The notes beneath the pieces are model-generated. The model saw only the letters and a list, made by a program, of their open reading frames with translations, made no database searches and was not told where the DNA came from. The translations under genes and the position numbers were made by a program. A stretch of 64,000 nt of DNA, taken from the NCBI GenBank assembly GCA_050253075.1, contig JBFWJS010000002.1, forward strand, positions 224,001 through 288,000, in the 5' to 3' direction. Origin of the DNA: Deferribacterales bacterium. Its GTDB lineage: Bacteria > Chrysiogenota > Deferribacteres > Deferribacterales > Geovibrionaceae. This document shows, in pieces, positions 11,321 to 22,294 of the stretch (positions are counted from its first letter, which is position 1; every line of letters begins with the position of its first letter).

Positions 11321-13570
11321 ATGTTTAAGAAGATATTCAGATATTTTATGATATTCTCCATCGTCATGGCGCTCACAGTGTCCGGCGGTGTTTTCGGATA
11401 CATCTATAAGCTCAGCCGTGAGCTCCCCTCCATCAAAGACCTGAAAGACTATGAGTACAAACGCCCGACAATCATCTATGACCGTCACGGCGACACCATA
11501 GCAGAGCTGGGCGCAGAGCGCAGATATCCTCTGGACATAGCACAGATACCTGAAAACCTGCAAAACGCAGTGATAGCCGTCGAAGACGCAAGGTTCTATG
11601 ACCACGGCGGTGTCGACCTCATGGGTATCCTCCGTGCATTCATCACAAACGTGAAGGCGGGACGTGTCGTTGAAGGGGGCTCGACCCTCACACAGCAGCT
11701 GGTGAAGATCATTTACCTCACCCCTGAAAAGAAACTGAAAAGAAAAGTGAAAGAGGCGATACTCGCCTATCGTATAGATAAAGCACTATCAAAGCAGAAG
11801 ATACTCGAAATGTACCTTAATCAGGTATACTTCGGTCGCGGCGCATACGGTGTCGAAGCGGCAGCGGTGAACTACTATGGTAAATCAGTGGGAGACCTCA
11901 CCCTCGCAGAGTGCGCAATGATAGCAGGCATCCCGAAAGCCCCCGGCATATACGCACCACACCTGAACCCTGATAAGGCTATAAAAAGGCGTAACCACGT
12001 ACTTTTCAGAATGTATGAGACAGGGCACATCAGCGAGGACGAATATCAGAAAACATCCCTTGTGGATTCTGTGATAATAGACCGCATCCCGCCTAAGAAC
12101 ATGGCAGCAGGATACTTTGTAGACTTCATCATCCGCCACCTGAAAGATGTGGAGGGGATAGAGGACGTGGACAATGCAGGGCTTAATGTTTACACCACCC
12201 TCGACCTCGGCATGCAGGCAAAGGCTGAAGAAGCCGTTAAGGCGAACCTGCTGGAGATGACAGAGGCGCTCGGCTTCAGAGGCGCAATAGCAAAGTATAA
12301 CCCCGAGGAGAATAACCTCGAGGAACTGCTCGAGATGCAGAAGGACTATCTGAAAGAGCTCGGCTTTGAAAGGGCTCTGGTCACAAAGGTGGAAGAGGAC
12401 GATGTATATATCAAAACGCTCAACGGCGACGGCAGCATGCACATCACAGACAACAGATGGGCACGCCCAGCAGACTCAAACTACTACAGAAACACAGACT
12501 TCCGCAGGATACTGGATAAAAACGACATAATATACGTCACACTCAAAGACGAAGAACATAAAAAATACCGCATGGCACAGGAGCCCGATCTGGAATCTGC
12601 GCTACTCTCCGCAAACCCGCTGGACGGCGAGATATACGCCATGGTGGGCGGATTCGACTATCGTAAGTCTATGTTCAACAGAGCATTTCAGGCAAAGCGT
12701 CAGGTAGGCTCGCTCTTTAAGCCTATCGTATACAGCACCGCTCTGGAAAACGGTATGAACATTATGACAGAGATACTCGACGCACCCGTCATCAAAGAGA
12801 TGGACGAAGAAGGTGAATACTGGAAACCTGAGAACTACTCTGGCAAGTTCTTTGGTCATACCACACTGAAAGAGGCTCTGACCAAATCAAGAAACCTTGT
12901 GACCATCAAAGTCGCCGAAAAAATAGGCATCGGACGCATCATCAGCCAGGCACGTAAATTCGGCATTCAGGAAGAGCTCAACCGTGACCTCTCCGTATCC
13001 ATCGGTTCAGGTGCAGTGTCGCTTATGGAGATGGTTTACGCATTCTCCACATTCCCGAATCTGGGCGAAAGACACGAGCCCTACTACATCACAAAGATAG
13101 AAAACTCCAAAGGCGAGATAGTCGCCGAATATAAACCAAGCCAGCCGATAAGAGTGCTGAGCGAAGGGACAGCGAGCATCATGGTTGATATGATGCGCAG
13201 CGTTATCGTGAACGGCACAGGTAAAAGAGCCCTCGTGATACCTAAGCTGATAGCGGGTAAAACAGGGACCACAAACGACAACAAAGACACATGGTTCGTC
13301 GGCTACATGCCCGACCTTGTGAGCGGCGTATGGGTCGGCTTTGACGACTTCCGCCCTATCGGCAAATGGCGCACAGGCTCAAACACTGCGCTCCCTGCAT
13401 GGGTAAAGTTTACTCAGGGCGTACATGAAAACTTCGGCAATATGCTTTTCCCTGTGGCAAAAGATGTGGCATACTTCCGTGTGGACGCAGAATCCCACGA
13501 GATAACAAACAGCTTCAGCGGCGAATACACCTTCGAACCGTTTGAAAAGCCAATGTCCATGACGGAGTAA
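11321..13570 (+). CDS. mrcA: Class A penicillin-binding protein 1A
   Basis: Transglycosylase EDARFYDHGG and GGSTLTQQL; transpeptidase SLFK, SRN, KTG. Confidence 0.93.
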   Translation: MFKKIFRYFMIFSIVMALTVSGGVFGYIYKLSRELPSIKDLKDYEYKRPTIIYDRHGDTIAELGAERRYPLDIAQIPENLQNAVIAVEDARFYDHGGVDLMGILRAFITNVKAGRVVEGGSTLTQQLVKIIYLTPEKKLKRKVKEAILAYRIDKALSKQKILEMYLNQVYFGRGAYGVEAAAVNYYGKSVGDLTLAECAMIAGIPKAPGIYAPHLNPDKAIKRRNHVLFRMYETGHISEDEYQKTSLVDSVIIDRIPPKNMAAGYFVDFIIRHLKDVEGIEDVDNAGLNVYTTLDLGMQAKAEEAVKANLLEMTEALGFRGAIAKYNPEENNLEELLEMQKDYLKELGFERALVTKVEEDDVYIKTLNGDGSMHITDNRWARPADSNYYRNTDFRRILDKNDIIYVTLKDEEHKKYRMAQEPDLESALLSANPLDGEIYAMVGGFDYRKSMFNRAFQAKRQVGSLFKPIVYSTALENGMNIMTEILDAPVIKEMDEEGEYWKPENYSGKFFGHTTLKEALTKSRNLVTIKVAEKIGIGRIISQARKFGIQEELNRDLSVSIGSGAVSLMEMVYAFSTFPNLGERHEPYYITKIENSKGEIVAEYKPSQPIRVLSEGTASIMVDMMRSVIVNGTGKRALVIPKLIAGKTGTTNDNKDTWFVGYMPDLVSGVWVGFDDFRPIGKWRTGSNTALPAWVKFTQGVHENFGNMLFPVAKDVAYFRVDAESHEITNSFSGEYTFEPFEKPMSMTE

Positions 13571-13572
13571 CC

Positions 13573-14532
13573 ATGCAAGACTGCCAGTTCAACAACCTAC
13601 GTTCTGCTTATTTCGAAATATGCGGCGGAAAGATATCAGACATGAACATCGCCGGTGAAAAGTTCCTCCAGACAGGCATAGAGGCAGGGATAAAGAACTT
13701 TAAGCAGTACATCGTGGACGAGCTGAACGCCGGCAAGAACATGATCAAGATACAGCATAAGCTGTTCGGCATTAAGACCATAGACCCGGGACCTCCCGTC
13801 CGCAGGGTGCTAATCATAAACGTGGACGAATTCAGACCAAATCTCGAAGAGCTCTTTGACATCAGCTCATTTCAGCATGAGATGAAGAACCCGCTCACCG
13901 TGATAGACGGCACATCCCAGCTAATCCTCGCAAAGAGCAGCGACGAATACATCAAAAAGTGCGCAGGCATCATCCTGAACGAGACAGAGCGCATAAAACA
14001 TATAATGCAGAATATAAGAATGCTGTCTGAGATGGAGATAGAATACTCCGAATTCAGCCTGCTCGCATTCCTTGAAGAGCTGAAGGATTCGCTCTCTGTA
14101 CTCTTCCCCGACATAAAGCTGGCTGTACAGATAGAACCCTCACTGGGCAATATCACCGCAGACAGGAAGAAGCTGTTCATGGCTGTGAACAACATTATAA
14201 AGAACGCATGTGAAGCTCAGAAGGAGGGAACAATATCTATGTATCTCTCCATAGACCCTACCATAAAGTACATTAATAAAAAGCGCGGGCTGGCTCTTCC
14301 GATGATGAAGATATCCATAAACGACAGCGGCCCGGGCATCACTGAGGAAACTCTCAGTAAGCTCTTTACGCCTTTCTTCTCTACGAAAAACAGGGGGACA
14401 GGTCTGGGGCTGGTAATTGCGAAGGAGATAACCGAGAAACATAAGGGGCGGATCGAAGTATCGTCCACCCCGGGTCAAGGTACATCTTTTATGATCTATA
14501 TCCCTTTGGTGTCTATAGACCTTTTTTCTTAA
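13573..14532 (+). CDS. Cytoplasmic NtrB-like histidine kinase
   Basis: H-box QHEMKNPL, N-box [26 protein letters not shown]; no TM segments. Confidence 0.85.
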   Translation: MQDCQFNNLRSAYFEICGGKISDMNIAGEKFLQTGIEAGIKNFKQYIVDELNAGKNMIKIQHKLFGIKTIDPGPPVRRVLIINVDEFRPNLEELFDISSFQHEMKNPLTVIDGTSQLILAKSSDEYIKKCAGIILNETERIKHIMQNIRMLSEMEIEYSEFSLLAFLEELKDSLSVLFPDIKLAVQIEPSLGNITADRKKLFMAVNNIIKNACEAQKEGTISMYLSIDPTIKYINKKRGLALPMMKISINDSGPGITEETLSKLFTPFFSTKNRGTGLGLVIAKEITEKHKGRIEVSSTPGQGTSFMIYIPLVSIDLFS

Positions 14533-16156
14533 ACAGTTCTACGTATTTTCTATCTTCAACGAGGATGTGATTCTTCACCCAGTTTTCAAGGAAACTGATA
14601 ACGTTGAATCCGATGACAGCCTCACCGTTGAGAATCTTCTGCTTAAGGTCAACTGCCGTATTTTTAAGATCTGTGTGGATCTTGATATGCTGTTTTTGAT
14701 TTTCATATCCGTATTTGGCAAACATCTCTTCTTCGCTGTTGAAGTGATAAACAGTATATTCCACCAGTTTATCAAGGATGCTGAGGAGCACTTCGTCGCC
14801 TCTGTTGTCTTTCATAGCGTCGTAGAGCCTGTTTATCAGTTTAACGAGCTCTTTGTGCTGATCGTCGAACATTTTAACACCGAGCTCCAGCTCAGCAGAC
14901 CACGGCATGAACTCTTTCATCTTATCAGATTTAAATCCTGACGCCTTCTTTGTGATGGTGTCTGCAAGCCCTGTGAGGTTTTCACCCGCCATGAAGGATT
15001 CCTCGACGACCTTAACGATGTCTACAGTCTGGGCGCTGATAGCAGCCGTGCTGGATGTCACATCGGAGAGAGCGAGGGACTCTTCTTCCTTAGAGCGGAC
15101 GATACCGTCTATCTGCTCGGAAACATTTCTGATGTATTCGTTTATCTCTTCGATAGCTTCAACAGAGCTGTCGGAGAGGCTTATACCCGTATTTACCTTA
15201 TTAACGGAGGACTGAACCGAGTTGTTCACTTCATTAATGCGTTTCTGCAGGTCTTTGATAACATCTTCGATCTGCTTTGTGGAGTCGGATGTCTTACCGG
15301 CGAGCTTGCGTACTTCGTCAGCTACTACTGCGAAACCTCGTCCGTGCTCTCCCGCTCTGGCCGCCTCGATGGCAGCGTTAAGTGCGAGGAGGTTTGTCTG
15401 CTCGGCTATCTCGTTGATAGCGACGACTATCTGTCCGATCTCGTGTGACTGAACCTGAAATCCGTGCACCACATCAACGATAGAGTTGATACCCGTGGAT
15501 ATTTCCTCCATGCTGTGTCTGCTTTCGGTGATGACGTTCTTGCCTTTTATAACCTGCTCTTCGCATCCTCTGATGCTGTCGGAGGAGTTGCGGCACATAT
15601 CAAGAACATTCTGCCCTGTGGCATTCAGTTCCTCTGCAGCGGAGCTCACGCTCACGACGCTGTCGTTAACATGGTTTACCATCTCGTTGACGGAGCCGTA
15701 TATCTCTATGAGGTTTTTTGATGCGCTGCCGACGTTTGTCGAAGCGAAGTAAAAGCTGGCGACAGTGCCTTCCATCTTACTGATCATGCTGTTTACCAGC
15801 TTGCCCAGTTCACACAGTCCGCCTTTGGCGCTGATGTCCACTCTGGCAGACAGATTCCCCTTCTCAACCTTGCCGATAACATCGACGATACCAAAGAGGC
15901 TTTTGAGAAATCCTTTATTAAAGTAGTAGGTAACTGCCAGGGCTATGATAAGCCCGAGTAAAAGCAGAACCGAAGAATTCATAAGACATTTCCCAAGAGC
16001 ATCATTGATAAATGTCTGAACCGTTTCCGGTGACATTTCTGAAGCTTTAGTAAGAGTCCGATAGTTTATAACGAAGATTGCGAATGCTATTATCCCCTGA
16101 AATAACAAAACTATAACAATCTTGGGCATAAAGCCCTTACAATGTTTTGTTTCCAT
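14513..16156 (-). CDS. Chemoreceptor with C-terminal bacteriohemerythrin domain (DcrH-like)
   Basis: MCP hairpin followed by the hemerythrin pattern [35 protein letters not shown]. Confidence 0.93.
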   Translation of the reverse strand: METKHCKGFMPKIVIVLLFQGIIAFAIFVINYRTLTKASEMSPETVQTFINDALGKCLMNSSVLLLLGLIIALAVTYYFNKGFLKSLFGIVDVIGKVEKGNLSARVDISAKGGLCELGKLVNSMISKMEGTVASFYFASTNVGSASKNLIEIYGSVNEMVNHVNDSVVSVSSAAEELNATGQNVLDMCRNSSDSIRGCEEQVIKGKNVITESRHSMEEISTGINSIVDVVHGFQVQSHEIGQIVVAINEIAEQTNLLALNAAIEAARAGEHGRGFAVVADEVRKLAGKTSDSTKQIEDVIKDLQKRINEVNNSVQSSVNKVNTGISLSDSSVEAIEEINEYIRNVSEQIDGIVRSKEEESLALSDVTSSTAAISAQTVDIVKVVEESFMAGENLTGLADTITKKASGFKSDKMKEFMPWSAELELGVKMFDDQHKELVKLINRLYDAMKDNRGDEVLLSILDKLVEYTVYHFNSEEEMFAKYGYENQKQHIKIHTDLKNTAVDLKQKILNGEAVIGFNVISFLENWVKNHILVEDRKYVELFKKKGL

Positions 16157-16294
16157 CTTGTTCCCCTTGAAAAATAAACGAAATAATTAGAGCCAATATT
16201 ACATAAAAAACTTTCCTATGTAAATATATGCTTTATACTGAACAAGTAATATTTACAAAATTTGCAACATAAATACAAATAACGAGGAAAAAGT

Positions 16295-16615
16295 ATGCCT
16301 TTCGTCAATTTAGAAAACATAGAGGGGAAAAAAATCATCGAGGGAGCAGAGGCTAAGTTTGTTCATTCCGAGGGGATGACATTCGCAACATGGAGCTTCA
16401 CCGCAGGGGCAAAACTCCCCGAGCACTCGCACCCCCACGAACAGATATCCAGACTGATCAAAGGTCAGTTTGAGCTGACTGTGGACGGCGAGCCTAGGAT
16501 ACTTACCGAAAACGACATAGCAGTCATCCCGTCAGGAGCTGTCCACAGCGGAAGAGCGATATCCGACTGTATGGTCATAGACGTTTTCCACCCTGTCAGA
16601 GAAGACTACAGATAA
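16295..16615 (+). CDS. Cupin-2 domain protein
   Basis: PEHSHPHEQ...IPSGAVHS...DVFHPVREDY. Confidence 0.85.
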   Translation: MPFVNLENIEGKKIIEGAEAKFVHSEGMTFATWSFTAGAKLPEHSHPHEQISRLIKGQFELTVDGEPRILTENDIAVIPSGAVHSGRAISDCMVIDVFHPVREDYR

Positions 16616-16616
16616 C

Positions 16617-17603
16617 CTATATTGCGACGACAATCCTGCCTGAGAGCTCGCCTTTCAATATCTGTGACAGGTACTTAGGCAGGTCGTCGAGAGATATCTC
16701 CTGAGAGAGTTCAGCGATGTTTTCCACACGGAGATCATCCGCTATCCGCCCCCATACAGCGGTCTTTTCAGCTATCGGGAGCTCTACGGAATCCACACCG
16801 AGAAGCGATACACCCCTGAGGATAAAAGGGAAAACTGTCATGTTAAGCTCGTGGGACTGTGTCAGCCCGCATGTGGTGACAGCACCGCCGTATGCCGCAG
16901 TTTTCAGAGCTGTGGCGAGTATGTTCCCGCCGACGGTATCCACAGCACCTGCATAGATGCCTTTCAGCATAGGTCTGCCCGACTCATCGTTCACATCGGC
17001 TCTGCCGACTATTCTCTCCGCACCGAGGGATTTCAGAAAATCAGCCTTATCCGCCTTTCCCGTCGCAGCAGCTACCTTAAACCCGAGCCCCGCAAGCATG
17101 GCAACAGCCACAGAGCCGACACCGCCTGTAGCACCGGTTACAAGCACCTCGCCCTTCTCAGGCGTAACGCCGTGGTTCAGAAGTTTTATGACAGACAGAG
17201 CAGAGGTGAACCCCGCCGTGCCGTATATCATTGCCTCTTTCAGAGTGAGCTTTTCGGGCTTTTTCACGACCCAGCCTGCGGGTACACGGATGTATTCAGC
17301 ATAACCTCCGTCTGTGTTCATGCCGAGGTCATAGCCTGTGACGATCACCTCGTCGCCTTCGTTAAATGCAGGGTCAGACGATTCCTCCACAACACCTGCG
17401 GCGTCTATGCCCGGAGTGTGTGGATAATGCCTTGTCACTCCCTTGTTGCCTGCGCCGGAAAGCCCGTCTTTATAGTTTATGGATGAATACTTTACTTTTA
17501 TTAGAACGTCCCCTTCAGGGAGATCGCTGATGGTTTTCTCTTTGATATTTGATACGTATTTGCCGTCGATTTCTTCTGTAACCAGAGCTCTGAATGTTTT
17601 CAT
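16617..17603 (-). CDS. YhdH/AcuI-family NADPH quinone oxidoreductase (acryloyl-CoA reductase-like)
   Basis: YSSINYKD, YPHTPGID, YGTAGFT, VTGATGGVG, TVFPFILRGV. Start moved to ATG 17603 (GGAGG RBS). Confidence 0.9.
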   Translation of the reverse strand: MKTFRALVTEEIDGKYVSNIKEKTISDLPEGDVLIKVKYSSINYKDGLSGAGNKGVTRHYPHTPGIDAAGVVEESSDPAFNEGDEVIVTGYDLGMNTDGGYAEYIRVPAGWVVKKPEKLTLKEAMIYGTAGFTSALSVIKLLNHGVTPEKGEVLVTGATGGVGSVAVAMLAGLGFKVAAATGKADKADFLKSLGAERIVGRADVNDESGRPMLKGIYAGAVDTVGGNILATALKTAAYGGAVTTCGLTQSHELNMTVFPFILRGVSLLGVDSVELPIAEKTAVWGRIADDLRVENIAELSQEISLDDLPKYLSQILKGELSGRIVVAI

Positions 17604-17681
17604 AACTGCCTCCGTATGTAAATATAATAACATTCGCAGGTTTAAAAAGAAATATGTGTAATCAATTAATAGATAATGAAG

Positions 17682-17704
17682 AAAAGGGGCACATAAAGTG
17701 CCCC
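17682..17704 (-). terminator. Terminator after purC
   Basis: GGGGCAC-N5-GTGCCCC followed by TTTT on the minus strand. Confidence 0.75.
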
Positions 17705-17712
17705 GTGTGTGA

Positions 17713-18591
17713 TTATGCTTTGAGAATGTCTGTGATCTGGCGGTAGATTTCCGCTGTGTTCGCCACTATCTCGTCAGGAAGCACAGGGCCGGGGGCTGTT
17801 TTGTCCCAGTCGAGTGTCTCGAGGTAGTTTCTGACAACCTGCTTGTCCATGGACTGCTGAGGCTTGCCCGGCTCATATTTATCTTTAAACCAGAATCTGG
17901 ATGAGTCAGGTGTGAGAACTTCGTCGATGAGGATGATCTCACCGTCGAGCTCGCCGAACTCAAACTTTGTATCTGCAATGATAATGCCTTTCTTATCAGC
18001 GATATCTCTTGCTGTTTCGTATATTTTGATTGTTAGCTCTTTCAGTTTGTCAGCTTTTGCCTGACCAATGATCTCTGCCATCTTTTCGAAAGAGATGTTC
18101 TCGTCGTGGTCGCCCACTTCAGCTTTAGTAGCCGGCGTAAAGAGTGTCTCAGGCATACGCTCAGAGTCAACGAGCCCTGCAGGGAGCTTGATACCGCATA
18201 CAGCGCCTGTCTTCTGATAGTCTTTCCATCCTGAGCCTGTGATGTAGCCTCTTGCCACACACTCAACAGGGAAAGGCTGACACTTGTGAACCAGCATAGA
18301 GCGTCCTTCGAGCTGAGCTTTGTATTTCTGACAAACCTCAGGCATTTCGTCGATGTCTGCTGTGATTATGTGGTTTCTCACGATGTGTTTTGTCTGCTCG
18401 AACCAGAAGAGAGCTATCTCTGTAAGGATCTTGCCCTTTCCGGGAACGCCGTTAGGCAGGATAACGTCAAAAGCCGAAAGACGGTCTGTTGTCACGATGA
18501 GCATTTTATCGTCAAAGTCGTAGATGTCTCTTACTTTACCTCTGGCGATGAGCTTCATGTCTGCAAATTCTGTCTTTAAAACTGTTTCCAT
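17713..18591 (-). CDS. purC: Phosphoribosylaminoimidazole-succinocarboxamide synthase
   Basis: [47 protein letters not shown]. Confidence 0.97.
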   Translation of the reverse strand: METVLKTEFADMKLIARGKVRDIYDFDDKMLIVTTDRLSAFDVILPNGVPGKGKILTEIALFWFEQTKHIVRNHIITADIDEMPEVCQKYKAQLEGRSMLVHKCQPFPVECVARGYITGSGWKDYQKTGAVCGIKLPAGLVDSERMPETLFTPATKAEVGDHDENISFEKMAEIIGQAKADKLKELTIKIYETARDIADKKGIIIADTKFEFGELDGEIILIDEVLTPDSSRFWFKDKYEPGKPQQSMDKQVVRNYLETLDWDKTAPGPVLPDEIVANTAEIYRQITDILKA

Positions 18592-18620
18592 CTTATATAT
18601 ACCTCTAAAATGAATAGGAA

Positions 18621-18751
18621 GTCATCCTGAGCAGTATTGCGAAGGGTCTTAACCCGCTATACCGTCATACTGATCATTCCAATATTGAATTACATTTTAA
18701 TTATTCTTCTCTCACAGCATTGCAGATTCTTCGGCAGAGCCTCAGAATGAC
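18621..18751. repeat. REP-like palindromic doublet (GTCA...TGAC family)
   Basis: GTCATCCTGAGC..GAAGGGTCT (18621-18649) and inverted AGATTCTTCGGC..CTCAGAATGAC (18724-18751); same family as the copies at 29943, 37543, 46105 and 62288. Confidence 0.8.
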
Positions 18752-18761
18752 TGTAAGTTTT

Positions 18762-20411
18762 TTATAGTCGTTTTAATCTTTCGTATGCTTCGACACCGCC
18801 TGTGACATTGTATGCCTCGAATCCGAAGTTTCTGAGACTGCGCACGGCGAGATATCCTCTGAAGCCCACAGCACAATATACATAAACAGGACGGGTTTTG
18901 TCTATCAATTCCAGATTTTCTCTCAATTCGTTAACAAAAATATTTACTGCGCCTTCCACACGATAGTTTTCAAACTCTTCGGGTCTGCGCACGTCGATGA
19001 TCTGTATATCCGCATTTTTCCTAACCTGCTCCAGCAGCCATTCGGGCTTCACGGTGAAGCCTGAGCCACGCAGCATGTTGCTGGCGACGAATCCCGCTAT
19101 GTTCAGATTGTCCTTTGCAGATGCGAAAGGCGGAGCATAGCAAAGCTCCAGATGCTCGAAGTCATAGACTGTCAGCCCTGCGTAGAGAGCCACTGCGGCG
19201 TGGTCGACCTTCTTTTCGACAGTATCGGGACCGCATGCGGAAACACCGAGCAGCTTCCCGCTCTTTTTCTCGAAAACAGTCATCATAAATATATGCCCGT
19301 GTACGGGGAAATAGGATGCTCTGTTCACATCCTCTGTATAAACATAGTCAGCGTCAAAGCCCGCTTCGAGAGCCTGTTTATATGTAAGCCCCGTCTGCGC
19401 CATCACAAATCCGTCAAAGCCGACAACAGCCGAGCCGAGTACGCCTTTGAACTCCATATCTCCGCCTGCCATATTCATGCCTGCGGTTCTGCCCTCACGG
19501 TTTGCCGGTCCTGCGAGGGGGAGCAGACACTTTTTACCTGTGACAAGGTTTACCTTTTCCACAAGGTCGCCTGCTGCGTATATATCCTTCACATTTGTTT
19601 CCATACGGCTGTTCACGGCGACACCGCCCTTCTCACCCAGCTCCACACCGCCTGTGAGGGCAAGGTCTACGGCAGGCTTCACCCCTGTGCACATGATGAC
19701 CATATCGGTCTCCACGACACGTCCGTCGGAGAGGTGCGCTTTTATGCGGTCGCCATTTTCCAGCTTTTTCACAAATGTTTTCACTATCACGTCACAGCCT
19801 GCTTCCGCCATCTTTTCACGAAGGTTCATCGCTACGATAGGCGGGAAGTTCGGCATAACCTCATCCAGAGCCTCGACAACAGTCGGCTTCAGCTCGCAGT
19901 GAAGCATAGCTTCCGCCACCTCTATGCCTATGAATCCTGCTCCGATGATGAGTACGTCTTTCAGCTTGTTGTTTAAGACATATTCCTTAACCCCGTCGGC
20001 ATCCTCTACGGTGCGCATGGTGAAATAAGGGATGTCCTCCACGCCCTCGATAGGCGGGATAAATGTCTTTGCCCCTACGGCGAGGAGCAGTTTGTCATAC
20101 GGGCGTTCTACTTCGCCCTTGGATGTTTTCAGCAGGACAGACTTCGCCTTCGGGTCGATGGCTATCGCCTCTGTCTTGGTCAAAACATCCGTGTTGAACC
20201 TCTTGCCGAACGACTGCTTTGTGTGCAGCAGTATGCTCGCCCTCTTCTCTATCACTCCGCCTGTATAATATGGCAGTCCGCAGTTTGCGAATGATATATA
20301 TTTACCCTTCTCCACCATAGTGATGTCGAGGTCCTCACGTGTTCTTCTGGCTTTTGCTGCGCCTGTCGCTCCTGCTGCGACACCGCCGATTACAAGTATC
20401 TTTTCAGACAT
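18762..20411 (-). CDS. CoA-disulfide/persulfide reductase with C-terminal rhodanese (CoADR-RHD/Npsr-like)
   Basis: GGVAAG FAD site, SFANCGLPY active Cys, GAGFIG, YAPPF, rhodanese IDVR...YCAVGFRG. Confidence 0.92.
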   Translation of the reverse strand: MSEKILVIGGVAAGATGAAKARRTREDLDITMVEKGKYISFANCGLPYYTGGVIEKRASILLHTKQSFGKRFNTDVLTKTEAIAIDPKAKSVLLKTSKGEVERPYDKLLLAVGAKTFIPPIEGVEDIPYFTMRTVEDADGVKEYVLNNKLKDVLIIGAGFIGIEVAEAMLHCELKPTVVEALDEVMPNFPPIVAMNLREKMAEAGCDVIVKTFVKKLENGDRIKAHLSDGRVVETDMVIMCTGVKPAVDLALTGGVELGEKGGVAVNSRMETNVKDIYAAGDLVEKVNLVTGKKCLLPLAGPANREGRTAGMNMAGGDMEFKGVLGSAVVGFDGFVMAQTGLTYKQALEAGFDADYVYTEDVNRASYFPVHGHIFMMTVFEKKSGKLLGVSACGPDTVEKKVDHAAVALYAGLTVYDFEHLELCYAPPFASAKDNLNIAGFVASNMLRGSGFTVKPEWLLEQVRKNADIQIIDVRRPEEFENYRVEGAVNIFVNELRENLELIDKTRPVYVYCAVGFRGYLAVRSLRNFGFEAYNVTGGVEAYERLKRL

Positions 20412-21672
20412 TTACAATATCCCCCTTCAGACTTCCGTCTTTATAAGCATAGGTTATTAATACATCCAAAAACCTTCCGGGTTCAACATCTTCTTTGAAG
20501 CGAACTGTGAAATAGTTGTCGGTGATACCTGTATTGTCTTTTTGTGTTAATACTTTAAAAATTTTGCCTATACATTTACCTGCGGCCTTTTCTTTCAGCT
20601 TATCGCCGAGGGCTCTGAGCTCTCTGGAGCGTTCGGATTTCACCTTCTGGGGTGTCTTATTCTCCATCGTGCTCGCCTTTGTGCCTGATCTGTCGGAATA
20701 TGAAAAGACGTGCAGATGCTCCAGACCGGAGCGTCTCACTGTGGAGACCGTCTCAGCGAAGTGTATGTCTGTCTCGCCGGGGAAGCCGACTATGACATCC
20801 GCACCGAGGGTGCAGTCGGGGACTTTATCTTTCAGCTTTTTCAGCTTTGCCACATATTCTTCCGATGTATATTTACGGTTCATCATGCGGAGGGTGTGTG
20901 TGCTGCCGCTCTGGAGAGGTATATGGTAATGACGGCATATCCTGTCGGTATTATCCGCAAGGAGGTCTATCATCCTGTCGGTGAGCTCGTTCAGCTCTAT
21001 GGATGTGAGGCGCACACGGAAATCTCCGTCGAGGGCGATCATCTTCTCTATCAGCCCAGCGAGGTCGATGTCTCCGTTCAGGTCTGAGCCGTATTTACCA
21101 ACATGTATCCCCACGGGGACTATCTCTTTATACCCTGCATCGACGAGGTTCTTCACCTCTTTCAGTATGGAGTCCTCCGCACGGCTGACGGGCAGCCCTC
21201 GGAGCGAAGGGATAATGCAGTAGGCACAATTGCTGTCGCATCCGTCCTGTATCTTTACAAAGGCTCTGGTGCGGGTCGCCATGGACATGTTCTCCGCATC
21301 GATAAAGCCGTGGCTCTCAAATATACTGTTCAGGTGGTCTGTCTCTTTCACGATGTTTTCGAGGATGTTCATCTTCCCCGAGTTGGTCACGACGATATCT
21401 GCACCCAGTTCCTTCAGCCTGTCCTTATCCTTTTCTGCTGCACAGCCTGTCACTGCGATCTTTACGTTTGGGTTAAGATTTTTGGCTTTACGCACCATGG
21501 AATGGAATTTTTTTTCGGCTCTTTCTGTGACGGCACAGGTGTTGTAGATAATGAGTTCTGCGTTGTCTGCGTTGTCGACAAGTTCTAAATTGTAAAATTT
21601 TAATTCATTAACAATTTTTTCACTTTCTACTTGATTAACCTTACACCCGAATGTATAAATGTAAGTATGCAT
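20404..21672 (-). CDS. mtaB: tRNA t6A37 methylthiotransferase
   Basis: TFGCKVNQVES, NTCAVT, VTGC, radical SAM KIQDGCDSNCAYCIIP, GFPGET, HVFSYS.R.GT. Confidence 0.93.
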   Translation of the reverse strand: MHTYIYTFGCKVNQVESEKIVNELKFYNLELVDNADNAELIIYNTCAVTERAEKKFHSMVRKAKNLNPNVKIAVTGCAAEKDKDRLKELGADIVVTNSGKMNILENIVKETDHLNSIFESHGFIDAENMSMATRTRAFVKIQDGCDSNCAYCIIPSLRGLPVSRAEDSILKEVKNLVDAGYKEIVPVGIHVGKYGSDLNGDIDLAGLIEKMIALDGDFRVRLTSIELNELTDRMIDLLADNTDRICRHYHIPLQSGSTHTLRMMNRKYTSEEYVAKLKKLKDKVPDCTLGADVIVGFPGETDIHFAETVSTVRRSGLEHLHVFSYSDRSGTKASTMENKTPQKVKSERSRELRALGDKLKEKAAGKCIGKIFKVLTQKDNTGITDNYFTVRFKEDVEPGRFLDVLITYAYKDGSLKGDIVNV

Positions 21673-21806
21673 TTTTGACTATATATCCTCAGTAGGTTTT
21701 ACTAAAAGAAGGGCATTCTTTCTAAGAAAGTTTGCCCTTTTTTAATTTTCATGTTCTTGGAATATATCCGATTTACTTAAAAAGTGAAGTGTTATATTAT
21801 TAGTGT

Positions 21807-22292
21807 ATGAATTTTAAGAAACTTTTACCATCGCTAAACAAAATTATAGTTCTTTTGTTCATTTTCCTCATCATACTCATCGTCTCCATAATGCTGTACA
21901 CATACGGCGGGGGGCTGAAATCTCTCATCACCCAATCCAGCAGGCCTACTGATGCATTCAGAGACTATGACGTTGTTAAGAACTTCGGCGGAGGAGTATT
22001 CAATGTCGAATTCCGAGACCTGATCGCAGGTGCGGGAGGTATGCAAAAGCGCTATTACAGATATGATCTGACCATTCAGACACAGGACAAAAGAAGCGCA
22101 GAGGACATGATAGACGAGCGTAAAAAGGTCGTGGCTATCATAAATCAGGTGATGGGCACCTTCCCTCCGGAAGAGATGAACACAGAGGCCGAGCGCAGCA
22201 GAGTTAAAACAATAATACAATCAGAAGTTACGAAGTATTACCCTAACATGCTGGTAAAGGATATATATTTCACAAACTTCCTATACGACTAA
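21807..22292 (+). CDS. FliL-like flagellar basal body-associated protein
   Basis: Single N-terminal TM; ends VKDIYFTNFLYD, a FliL-type V..IYFT.F terminus. Confidence 0.7.
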   Translation: MNFKKLLPSLNKIIVLLFIFLIILIVSIMLYTYGGGLKSLITQSSRPTDAFRDYDVVKNFGGGVFNVEFRDLIAGAGGMQKRYYRYDLTIQTQDKRSAEDMIDERKKVVAIINQVMGTFPPEEMNTEAERSRVKTIIQSEVTKYYPNMLVKDIYFTNFLYD

Positions 22293-22294
22293 AC

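Noticed and set aside
21745..21775. Sigma28 promoter for the fliL-like gene (TCCGATTT)
   Set aside because: The -35 match and spacing are too poor to support.
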